Part shown: positions 11,494 through 23,499 of the stretch, piece by piece
How the letters are laid out: the number at the start of each line of letters is the position of its first letter
Position numbering within the stretch: the first letter of the stretch is position 1
Source: Takakia lepidozioides
Lineage: Eukaryota > Plantae > Bryophyta
DNA length: 64,000 nucleotides
NCBI GenBank assembly: GCA_030704615.1
Contig: CM060733.1
Span: 8,866,001 to 8,930,000, forward strand
Direction: 5' to 3'
The notes under the pieces: generated by a model
The model's input: only the letters and a program-made list of their open reading frames with translations
Database searches by the model: none
Told to the model about the DNA's origin: nothing
Program-made: the position numbers and the translations under genes

Positions 11494-14400
11494 CACACCC
11501 CTACCAACGAGGAGTCGATGTCCTCATTGATTTTTTTTTTTTTTGTGGAAACTAACATCCAAGTTGTGGCGTCCCACATCAAGGAGTTTGTTTCCGTACC
11601 ATGGCGTCCCATGGCAAAGAACCAAACCCCCACTTGACTCTACTCTCCACTAGCTAGTTCGGCCGACTTCCTCCAAGTCCCGGCCAAGGGTGGAGTCTCT
11701 CAAGCTCCACCCAGTGCATTCTTCTTGGCCCATTTCAAGGCCAAGGAACAATCCTCCCCGAGGATCGAATCGCCTTACTGCAACAACATTATTTGCGACC
11801 GCTCATGATGCCACTTTTTGGCATCACCTTGAGCAAGGGTTCACCTTGAACTCTTTTTTACTAGGAAGATAACCTTGAACCAACCGTGCGCCCCAATCAC
11901 TAGTTATAGTACGCGCACGCGTCAAGTGGGCACTAGCATGTAAACTCCCAAAGAAGGCGCAAGTTTCCTTGCCCCTTGGATGGGAGTCACCCGATTTCGG
12001 CACTGCGCAAACACATGATTAATCCAATTTACCTCTCCCACTTTTGTAAGCTAGCATGCATTCTACACACTAGCCACCCATACCATGCATCACCATTCCA
12101 AACAAAATAGGAAGCACAACATTTGGTAACCATTTCATTTATAAACAAGATTTGTACAACACAAGTCTTTGCAATCGGATTCTTGAGCTAGCTCAGCCGG
12201 ACTAAGCATGCATTTCCTCCCCCACGATCCAAGGTTGATGTCCTCATCAACGCTTCTTTCGCTTTTGAGGTCGTCATTCGAAAGCTACAACCGCCTCGGA
12301 TGCGTTTTTCATTTCTGAGGCACGCACCCAAGTTGCCTCCACTTGATGATAGCCCTTCCATTTCACGAGATACTCCGTCTCTCGATTATTGAACCTCCTC
12401 GACTTAAGCACTGCCTCCATCTCATACTCAGGTTAATTTTCATGATCCAACAGCACAGGTGGCGGACGCAGCACTTGATGCCGATTCGGACGCGCTTCAT
12501 CTTTGAAGTAAGGCTTCAAAAGAGAAACGTGGAATACTAGATGCACTTTGCTGTTTGCCGGCAACTCCAATTTATATACATCCTCATTCATAACCTTCCG
12601 GATGCGAAAGGGCTCCGTGGAGGTACGAACTTCGGACTCGCTTCCGGAGGTAGTCGAAAATTCTTGATGTTTAACCAGACCAAACTTAATTTCCCTCCAC
12701 TTCCGGTTTGCCTGCCATTCATACCGTTTCCTAGTTTTGGCAATGTTGTACTTTGCGACCTCCAACAAACGCTCGAGTTCTTCAGCACCGCTGCTGCTGC
12801 CGGCTCCTCACCGTCTTGGGCGGCCCAACTTGTCGGCACCTGAGGTGCTTTTCCATAGACCAATACGAAACGGGAAACTCCCGTTGCGGAGTGTTTTGTG
12901 TTATTATAACATAACTCTGCCGCATCCAAGTGCTCCACCCAGTCCGACTAGTCTGCCGACACATAATTCCACAAGATCTGCTTCACCACGGAGTTCACTC
13001 TTTCCGTTTGGCCGTCCGTTGTAGGTCGGGAAGCCGTCCTCATCTTGAGCCTCGTCCCCATTTTCTTCCAAAGTGCCCTCCAAAATTTACTTACAAACTA
13101 TGGATCGCGGTCTGAAACAATGTCATTCGGGAGTCCATGATGCTTGAAATCGTGGGCAAAGTAAAGTCGCCCCATTTCTTGCGCTGTTGTCGTTTCCTTT
13201 GTGGGGATGAAATAACTCATTTTACTGAACCTATCTACCACCACCATGATCGCATCGAATCTTTTTGATAGCGGCAAAGCAGTCATGAAATCCATTGAGA
13301 CACTCTCCCAAGACCCCTCTGGAATCGATAAAGGTTGTAACAGCCCCGCTTATTTTTTGTACTCGCTCCGGTTTTGTTGGCATGTGGTGCATGTCTTGAT
13401 ATACTCCTCTGCCTCCTCCCTTAATTTGGGCCAGAAATACTCTTTCTTCAAGAGTGTCGCGATGCGCTTGGCCCCGTCGTGGCCCGCAAGCGGGCCATCG
13501 TGGCATTCTCTCAAGAAAGTATCTCTGATCCCTCCCTTCGACACATAGAGACGCTTTTGCTTGTACCAGCAGTCCATTGTGCAAGTGGAACTGCGATTTA
13601 ACCCCCAATCTCAAGTCCTGCACCACGGACTTCGCCATTTCATCCTTCCGGTAAGCCTTCCGGATCTTCCTTTGGAGCGTCGTCTCGCCCCTGCACACCA
13701 ACATGAGCTGCTGCTTTCTACTTAAAGCATCGGCCACCACATTGTCCCGTCCCGGTTTGTACTGGATATCCACGTCGAACACTGCCAAAGTGTCTTGTCA
13801 CCTAAGTTGTCACCTAAGTTGTTTTGGAAACAACTTAGGTTGTGTGGCGAAATACTTCACCGTGACATTGTCCGTGAACACCTTCACCGGGTTGGAACCA
13901 ACATAGTGGCGCCAAAACTCAAGGCAATGCACCACCGCCTTCATTTCTTTCTCGTGCGTAGACCACCGTCACTCCACTTCATTCAGTTTCTTACTTTCGT
14001 AAGCCACTGGACGTCCATCCTGCATGAGCACACCCCCGATTGCGAAGTCCGACGCATCTGTATGAATCTCAAATGGACGGTCGAACTCCGGGATTTTCAA
14101 GACTGAAGCTTCCGCCATCCGCTGCTTCAACTCGGCAAAAGTTTAGCCACAAAAGGTGTTACATACCCATACCTTGGACTTACACAGAAGGTCTGACAGC
14201 GGCCCCGCGATCTTGGCGAAATTTCTCACATACTTTCAGTAATAGGAGGCGAGTCTTAGGAAGGATCGCACTCCCGGGACCGAAGTCGGAGGCTCCCAGT
14301 CCAAGATCGTCCTCACCTTTCTGTCATCCATTTTGATCCCATCCTGTGTAATCACATGCCCTAGGAACTCCACTTTTATGACCCCGAATTCGTACTTTGA

Positions 14401-14753
14401 AGCTTTGGCATACATCTTCCCTTCCCGCAATTTCTGGAACATCCTTTTGAGGTGTTCCAAGTGCTCTTCCTTTGTTTTCGAGTATACCAAGATGTCGTCG
14501 ATGTACACAATCACAAAGTCACCCAACCACTCCTGGAAAAGGCTGTTCATTAGCATGCTAAAGGTCGCGGGTGCGTTGGTGAGCCCAAAAGGCATCACCA
14601 AGAACTCATATGAACCATATCTTGTCTTGCACGCGGTCTTCTCCTCATCTCCTTTCACCACTCGGATTTGGTGGTAACCCGAGCGCAAATCGATCCGGCT
14701 GAAATACTTTGCTCGTGCCAACTGATCAAAGAGGTCGTTGATCCTTGGCAAAT
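11494..14753 (-). mobile_element. Ty3/gypsy chromovirus pol remnant (RT C-part, RNase H, integrase, chromodomain) plus 3' region
   Basis: LPRINDLFDQL..IDLRSGYHQIR..YIDDIL (RT), TDAS and DALSR (RNase H), HD..GH..C..CQ and MDF..VVDRFSK..SDRD (integrase), and EYEMEAVL..EYLVKWKGY..EATW chromodomain at ~12280-12430. Many frameshifts. 11589-12212 may be a second LTR (PPT-like GGGGGAGGAAA at ~12213-12223). Confidence 0.92.
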
Positions 14754-15358
14754 GACATCCATTGTCACCAACAAACGACAACTTGAATCCAACCCAACTA
14801 TGGTGACTCGTATATCCTAGGTACGGGCGGGTATCCACAAGCACAACATATTTTCTTCATTTATAGGGCCCACCCCCGAAATGGGGCAGTAGCCGAAAGA
14901 CGAAGGGGCTCTTAGTTACGCAAGCTTTAGCCGGAGACTTCTCTCTTCTCTCTACAAGATGCACCTACTTGTCTTCCCCGTTGCCGAAAGTGTTGTTAGA
15001 CATGTTAAGACCTGGGCAATTTTATCCAGTGCATGGTGGGTTGTTCCATTTCATAACATCGGTAGGGATTTGCAAAGGTCGAATGCAATCTAGAAGTGTA
15101 TGATCAGAACTAACCAGTTGCAGATGGTCAATATAGCACGTATCTTCTACGACATTTCAACATCATCCACACGTTTACAGAAGTACATGTACATAGATAT
15201 TATGAATAGTTTGGAAGAATCGGATGTCCATGCGCCTGTTCTTGTATGTCAACCCCACGTCACCACAAAGATGGTGGGCCTATAACCGTGGAGCCTATAA
15301 CCGTGGGATTTCACCATCTGAAGGTGAGATGGGTTTAAGGGTTTAGGGCGTCCGCAGA

Positions 15359-15742
15359 GATCAACCTTGTGTTAACACGAGGTTGATTTCAGAGAATTTG
15401 AAATGAACCTTGTATTAACACGAGGTTGATTTCCGAGAATGTTCATTTGAATGTGACTTGATGTGTTCGCAAATGAACAAATGAGTTTGAGGAACGAATG
15501 CAACAAATGGTAGACGCACGCACAACACGATTGATGACTCGACATACACCGACAGACATACGACTTCATTTTATTTTTTATTTTTTATTTCTCCCTGGGG
15601 GTGATACAAATCAACCTTGCGTTGACGCAACCTTGATTTGAGAAATGAAAGCATCATTTTTTGTTTTTTTTTTTTTTTCCCCCCTCCCTGGGGGGTGTGA
15701 TGCAAATCAACCTTGATTTGAGAATGAAAGCATCATTTTTTG

Positions 15743-15776
<34 letters not shown>

Positions 15777-16035
15777 CCCTCCTTGGGGGGTGATGCAAAT
15801 CAACCTTGCGTTGACGCAACCTTGATTTGATAAATGAAAGCATCATTTTATTATTTTTTATTATTTTTTATTTTCTCCCTTGGGGGGTGATGCAAATCAA
15901 GCTTGCATTGACGCAACCTTGATTTGAGAAATGAAAGCATCATTTTATTATTTTTTATTATTATTTTCTCCCTTGGGGGGTGATGCAAATCAACCTTGCG
16001 TTGACGCAACCTTGATTTGAGAAATGAAAGCATTC
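15359..16035. repeat. Palindrome-containing tandem repeat (about 5 units of ~90 bp with T-rich spacers, plus 2 related palindromes)
   Basis: Unit CCCT(T)GGGGGGTGATGCAAATCAACCTTGCGTTGACGCAACCTTGATTTGAGAAATGAAAGCATCATTTT repeats across 15590-16035. Related TCAACCTTGTGTTAACACGAGGTTGA at 15361 and ~15405. Confidence 0.85.
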
Positions 16036-16912
16036 TTTTTTTAGGACTATTTTTTGCATTTTGTATGGTTGCTGGCCCTGTTGTTCTTCATTTCGTGTCT
16101 TGCATTGCAAGTCTTGCCAACCTGTTCTGCACCATGTTTTTTTATAAACCGCAAAGACGCTTTAGGGATTTCCTGGTGTTTGTCTGGAGAATGTCTATCA
16201 ATGAAAAGTGGATGTGAATTGGGGGGACAGAACTTCGTTAGAACAAACTCATTCTCCTTCGTGTTCATTATGCAACATGACATTGTACTCTCTAAAATAT
16301 CTTGTGCCCGTGGACAAAAATCATCCACAAACCACCCGTGATTTCTCATCCGACTAAGATTTGGATGAGGGATGAGACTTCTCGGAAACTAATGTTGGCA
16401 AATCTGGGGCGTGGTAGTCGCCTACAGTTCTACGAAAATAGGTGGCATTCGCGGACTTAGGTCCTGCACGTGGGAAACCTTGCTGACGTGGCGTGAGCCT
16501 GGCTGGGCTCACGCGGCTAGGCTCACGCGCAAGCATTCCCCCTTTTCGTGTAGTCATGAGATGAGAAATTTGCAAGACACCTCTACAGATAAGTAGGGTT
16601 AAGTCCATTGGCAGGAGGAAGCCAATCCCAACGACCTCTCCATCATCAACAGATGAAGCTTCATCCATTGTGCGGAATTACGTCCAAGAGGTGTGTAGGT
16701 CCAAGGGGTGCTGCAACTCTTGAATCAAACACGTCACGCTCCCGCTCTTATATTGTAATGGCCAAGCGGTGCAAATGTGAAGATGAGTGAAAGGGTGTGT
16801 GCCCCCACCGTTCTGCCCCTTCCCTGCCCACCGCCCTCCTTTGCTTTTGCACATTTGTTCTATGTCTTGAGAGCAAGAGTTGTGGAGGTGCTTGCACTGT
16901 TGAATAGAGAGA

Positions 16913-17521
16913 GTGAGAATGGTGAGAAGAGCAGCTCTTAGAGGAAGAGGAAGAGCCAGAAAGGGTAGGGCCAAAAGAAAGACAACTTATGACCGGAAGA
17001 AAAAGGCTCCTGTGAAAAAAACACTGCAACAGAGGAAGAGAAGGAAGGAAGAGAAAACAGTTGAAGAGAAGGAGGTGCGAGAAAAGGTAAGAGATCAAAA
17101 AGGGAAGAAAGTCTGCGATGATGAGTCTTTCGATGGGGAAGAAGACGACGGAGCTTCCTTTGATGAGAGAGCTGAAGACACTGAATACTCCTATGATGAG
17201 GGAGACACAAATGAAAGAGGGAATAAGAAAGAGAAGAGGAGTAGAAGCAATAGCTACAGTGGAAAAGGAAAGGGAAAAGCAAAAGATAAGCGAAGATCAG
17301 GGCGAGAAGATAGCAGACAATCTGATAAGAAAAGGACTAGCAAAAAAAATAAGAGAGATGAAGGCACCCAGATGTCCAAAGAAAGTGAATCAAAGCCAAG
17401 TGAGTCGGAGGGAAGTGAGTCAATGAATCGGACCCCTGAGGACCACGGAAAAAATAAGGAACATAGAAATCAAGGAAGTAGAAGAGACCAAGAGAGTGAA
17501 GAAAACAGCTCCAGTGAATGA
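16913..17521 (+). other. Low-complexity K/R/E/S-rich ORF of unknown origin, probably the N-terminus of a decayed TE gene
   Basis: 202-aa purine-rich open frame followed by ~2.4 kb of strongly AT-rich, stop-riddled sequence. Confidence 0.3.
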
Positions 17522-19989
17522 TAGTTCTCGCATCTCTTACCTTCTCTCAAATAAAGAAGATTCAGAGGTTCTCGTGACTGACAATATATACACAACCTCA
17601 AACTCAAATCTTTGCATGTAAAAGAGGAAATCAAACCAATAATATAATATGCTGACACATCCACAATCTTATGAGCAATCTGCATTTAATCTACATGAAT
17701 TCAGATAAGTGTTTTCAAGCTGGTCGTAGACATACTCAGATTCTTTGAATAGAGAAAAAGTACTAACCCAACGTGTAATAATAACATAAATAATCACCAT
17801 ATCAAATAGCAAATATATAGTACCTTAAAAATTATACTAAGAGTATTGAAGATAATACATGTGGAACGTATGTAAAGATATGTGATTTGGTATATATATG
17901 TACCAAATCAAATGTTGTACCATTTCCACCATCTTATATTAAAAATTTACTAAAACCTCATCTTTTTAACTTTTGCTCATTATAGATGTAAGTTTACATC
18001 TGTGAAACAAGTATCAGGAATATGGCTCGGCTGAGGTTATACAAAGATCAATTTAAGATAGTGCTATAATTGTTTCGAATTGTGGAGAAGATACATGTAT
18101 AAATCAAAATATATATTAGTAATCAGATATCAACTATATTAGCTCAAAATTTGCTAACAAACCCAATTATTCAAGATTATCTGAATTACCGAATCACACA
18201 TATCTGGTATATGTTTACTTATAGACAAGAGATAGGCCGAATGGCCTTTATGAATTCTAGATGATATAAAATGTGTTCATGATTCAATTCGTATCAAAAT
18301 TAAAATCAAATCTATAAATGTTATAAATATACAGGTAAAGAATGCTGTCATAAATAGATAAATTAGAGAAGGATTAGCATTATGTCAAACTATGCATCCA
18401 AATGTAAATGAACAGAAATTGACTTCAAGTAACTTTTATTATTTTATTTCCGCACATAACATGACATCACGTAGATTTTAAATATGGATTAAGTGGACTT
18501 AAAAATAAGAAATAATACTTCATTCTCAAAATACGGCACTGTCATTTAATAGAAAAATGAATAAAACATATTTTAAACAAGTTTCATATGTTATGTAAAT
18601 TTTTACATTATGTAATTCGTCAACACTGAGGTTCTCTTCACACCCATGTTGTCCTCTGGATAGATGCACAATATGTGGACAGTATTACAACTGAATTCGT
18701 GGCTTACTCACCTAATATAACATCCACAACTTCAAAATCTTTAGATTGTAGAATGACGACAAATTGTTCACAAATGCAACCGATATGATTGTAAAAAAGA
18801 TTCTACAGCTTGTAAATATGATTTTTTTTTAATCAACCTTTCTCACTTCTTTGAATAATTGGTATATTACAAAGTGTAACTGCTGCTTATGTAATTAAAT
18901 CTACCGGCTTATTAAGAACATAACTAGAAGAAGTAACCTTTATATGTAGTTTCCATTAAATCTGTATACCAGCCTGGTTTGGTATTTCCCAGAATATAGC
19001 ATATATATTATATATATATATACCAGACTGGTCCTGGGTTTTACCTACCAGCGCATATACTAGTACATATACCTGTCCTTCGCATCTATACCAAACCAAC
19101 ACTAATCTATACCTGCACCTCAAGGATGTTCCCATCTTTGTGTAGTTGACTAATGCACGTAAACGATATTTATTCAAAAGTCTAACAATTTATCTCTGTC
19201 CTATAGATTTATATTCTGTGAGACAAGAAAATCTTTTACATCTTACATTTATCTAATATTGGTCCCAGTATATAGGAAAAAACCAATTAAAATGCAACTT
19301 TAAAAATTACAAGGACGCACAATGCATTAAATAATTATATTTCGTACAAATCAAATTGTTCGATTTACAGACTATCATCTAGCTCACCACACAAAAATGA
19401 ATCCAATTTAATTTTTCCTTACAATATGTCAAATCATACTTTAACGAGTGTAGATTATGACATGTTTTGACATGTGAACAAAATTTGGCGAATATTATAC
19501 AACCTTATTCATCAAGAAATTTGTATTCAACTCAACACACACAATCTCATAATGAAGAACATATGTTCTTTACCGGTATACTTTCTTTTCTTTTTTAATT
19601 TTTTTTTGATGAACAAGGGACAGTGGCCCTGGATGAAACTTTATTTAAGAAATATTTGAAGGAAAAAAAATGTAACATAGTTAATGAAACTATAAATATA
19701 CATATACGTAATCTACACATTTTTCACATCGGTGAGCAATAAGAAATATTGGTATGTGATCAAAATGTTGTTTGGGAGACAATTAAATGTTCTAACAATG
19801 GTATACATGTCATTCAAGGTTCACCGGCCAGACTTGGTAATACAAAATATATTTATTATTACTTATCATTTTTAATGAAAATAAAATATATTATTATGCC
19901 CAATAACCACAACCTGTATTAGTCCATATGCAAAATAGTTCATTCCCAATTTGCTATACCGATAAAAGATGAAAGTAATGACATTTTCT

Positions 19990-20721
19990 TGTCGCGCACC
20001 TCACTTCGGTAAACTCCCCTGTATGTCAAAGTTACTTGTTTTGGTGCGCGCGCCTACTCCGCGCCTAACTCCCAAACTGGCCGTTGGTCCAACTTGGAGC
20101 TTTGGCTGCTCACCGGGCCCCACGCAACCCCTCGACTACGCGGGCTGAGTGGAAATTCCCTTTGATTGTAGGCAATCCGGAATAACTCCCCACATGGCTC
20201 ATTTGGTAGTTTTCCGGCTGGCTTGCTTCAGTAGCTTTTGATCGCTTAATCGGCTTACGCCGTTTTCGGGGTTACTACTCCATATATATACTTTTGTAGG
20301 TGTTGGCGGGGGTCTCACAAACAGCCCAAGTCCTTTTTGGTAAACCACCACCGTTAACCTCTGAAACGCCATGTGATGAATCACGATGAGTCTTGGCCCA
20401 CCCACCACGGGCCCAATCGACAGTGATGAACCCCACTTGAGTCCCGGCCACGACTCCCACCACAAGGTCTCAGCCCCGCAATGAGTCCTATTCTACCCCT
20501 ATTATGACTCCCTATGCTAGGACCACCCCACTCAGAGCCCCCACCGCAACCTGATTGCGGGGCTCCACCTAGTAAGCGCCTCCACCCTCTTCCCTCTTCG
20601 AGTGCCTTCGGTACTCAAGGATCATTCAGCCCTACTCATACTGCTGCCGTCGCCCTGGCCACCACATGGACAACCCCTCTTGTGTCCCGACCCACTGCCC
20701 TCAAAGCAAAGGGCCACGACA
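19990..20721 (-). mobile_element. Second LTR of the same family as 10800-11493, with PPT and ~95 bp of internal sequence
   Basis: TGTCGCGCACCTCACTT...GGGCCACGACA followed by CACCCCTACCAAC, colinear with copy 1 up to TCAAGGA (~20814). Confidence 0.8.
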
Positions 20722-20815
20722 CACCCCTACCAACAAAGAGTCAATGTCTTCATCGACTTGTTTTTTTTTCTATGGAAACTAACTTCCAAATTATGGCGTC
20801 CAACTTCAAGGATGA

Positions 20816-21888
20816 AAGGAAAATCAGGTGCGGCGGCTTATGGCGGACAAAATGCGACCTTTGATGGGGTGTGCTTTAATTGTGGGGAGCCCGGGCACAT
20901 GGCCAAGAAATGCGGAAACTCCGACAGTTGAACATGACTCGGGCGACCACGGAGCTGTCCGAAGACTCCATCAGCCGCTTGGTAGAGGCGGTGGTCACCA
21001 AGACTTGCAAGGTAGGCAACTACTATTTGTGAATTGTATCAGGAGTCGGGAGCTTTGCGTAAAGGGACTCAGCTAATGTTCATGTCCAGGATAATTTCCA
21101 GAACTAAGGTGTCGTTATTGGTGGACACAGGAGCGTCGCACTCCTTCATGACACCGGCAACGGCACGGAAGCTGGGCCTCCCGACAAGCGATGTGGGGGC
21201 TTCTATTGAAGTGCGTTCTGCCAAAGGAGAACCGCAACTAGCGATGAGGGTGACGTTCGATGTTCCTCTTCAGCTGGGGAGTTGGGAGGGACGTGAGAAC
21301 TTCACCATTTGTGAGATTGATGGAGTGGATCTCATTTTGGGGATGATCTTTTTGAGCAAATCCGGAGCGGTCATAGATGGCCGCAAGAGAATAGTCACGC
21401 TGTCGTGTGGGAATGGTGGCAAAGTTTTACGGGTGTCAGAAACGCCCAACCGAGTGGGAGGGCGAATAAACCTGCTGTCAGTAAAGGAGTGGGCTGTGGA
21501 GGAGTCACACGAGCCCCAGTTTTTGCTTTACGTGAGACAAGTGGAAAGAGATGTCGATAGGGAGCCGAGCCCAAATTGGATCAAGGGGATCCTGGAGAAA
21601 TACCAGGATGTGATGCCGGAGGAATTACCAAGCGGCTTGCCACCGCGAAGAGAAGTTGATCACAAGATAGAGATGATGTCAGGATCAGAGCCGCCTGCCA
21701 AGGCGCCCTACCGGTTGAGCCACAGAGAGTTGATCGAGCTGAAGGCCCAGCTCAAGGATTTGATGGCAAAGGGGTACATCCGGCCGAGTAAGTCACCTTA
21801 TGGAGCCCCGGTACTATTCGTAGATAAGATGGATGGGACGCTGCGGATGTGTGTCGATTACAGGGTTCTCAATAAGGTGACTATCAAA
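20816..21888 (+). mobile_element. Ty3/gypsy gag zinc knuckle, protease and RT N-terminal fragment
   Basis: CFNCGEPGHMAKKC knuckle, [11 protein letters not shown] protease, and [39 protein letters not shown], after which homology stops abruptly. Confidence 0.9.
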
Positions 21889-23499
21889 TTAATACTGCAT
21901 GGAAATACATGATTTGAAGTAGGATAGATTGTCATACATAATTATAATATATACCAATTTAAGACTTGTACATGAAGACAGCTCATGTATTTTCATGCCT
22001 AACCATACATTTCTCATGTATGACTATTTATGGAGATGGGCATCCAAGTATCGCCACGTGTAACTATTTTTGCAAGGATTTAGATTTTTTTGAAGTAGCA
22101 AAATTTCGAAAAATTGGAGGTTATCTGGGAATTTGGACGAAAACATGCATGACCAGATATTGCTCATGTATTTGCATAGTATTATTATTTGATTGTATTT
22201 GAACCTAAGACCGGGCCCACAACCATACTTATCTACCTTATATTTCTCATTCCATACATGTATGACTTCTCAGGGACACATAAATCTTTTGAAGTAGCAA
22301 AATAAAAACTTTCCAGCACTATACGATAGGAAATCGATTCTGCAACATAGGTACATTATCAAGATAGAACTGAGCAACTACCTACCGCTGCGCTACCCAC
22401 CTCTGCAAATGGAAGCTTTGAATGTTATGCTACTATACCCAAAATTGGACTTCAGACCGTGTGGGCCACATAGGCATACCGGCCCGGGCGCATTCAACTC
22501 CCGGGCCTTTTCTATTATTTGGCCCTCGAGCCCCTATCTTTGGCAATGCATGGAGCCTTTGGGGCTCTAGGGTGTGGATGAACTAAGTTTTGTTCTTTCA
22601 ATGAAAAGACATTTTGATGTGAAGCTGGTGGATGTGAAAGTTGTCAGTCAGACAAAGTTATCCCTTTATTCTAATAACTCGGCAAGCCTCTTGTGGGTGC
22701 CTTCGCTAGCCTATACTGAGGTGTAGGGAAAGGTACGGTTGCCTAGTTATTTACATTTATGGACTAGGTAATCGAACGGGTTACCTACCAGGTAGCAAGC
22801 CACCATCCCATTGGTTAGCGGCGTCCTTTCTCACGCATCTAGACACCGACGCAGGAGACGCCATAACACATAGCGTAAACAACAGCGTAAGCAAGATTAG
22901 CAAACAATAACCTGGCTGAGCATGGATGTAAAGCAACAACAACCTGGCTGGGCATGGATGTAAAGCATCAATAACCAAATCGCAACTGAGACGTCATATA
23001 TTACAAGGTATAGTAGACTGTCACTCTCGATGTTTCCAAAACCCGGTTATAATGGGATGATTCCTGCAATTTCGAATACCATTGAAGGGGGAATTTGGTA
23101 TCCGTAGTATATATAGGAGCAAGGCTCTTGAGCGGCGGTTTGGTGTCGGGATGCTGAGAGTAAATTTCGAGACGTTTGGAGTACTTTTCAACTGAGATGT
23201 GTACGTACAAGGTTAAAGATGGAGAGGTTTGAGACTTGATACAGATAGGTTTGCATATGTGGAGGTTGAGAAATATTTGCAGAGGAGGCGAGGAGAAATT
23301 GTGGTCTCGGATTGCGCCTGGAGGTGGAGGAGGGGGTGGACGACGAAGAGGATCACGAGGGAGAGGGGAAAAGGAGGAGGAGAAGGGGAGGAGGAGAAGG
23401 GAAGGAGGGAACGTGATGAATGGGGATTACAGAAGATCGGTGACTACCATAGAGATATGGGCCAGTGTTGTACTGGTATTGAATTTTTAACATACCAGC

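Noticed and set aside
15590-16035. CRISPR-like array of palindromic repeats
   Set aside because: The context is eukaryotic, spacers are poly-T low-complexity rather than unique sequences, and there are no cas genes.
22640-23240. Possible solo LTR (TATA-like box, 32-bp tandem at 22909-22972)
   Set aside because: No convincing TG..CA termini with a TSD could be fixed.
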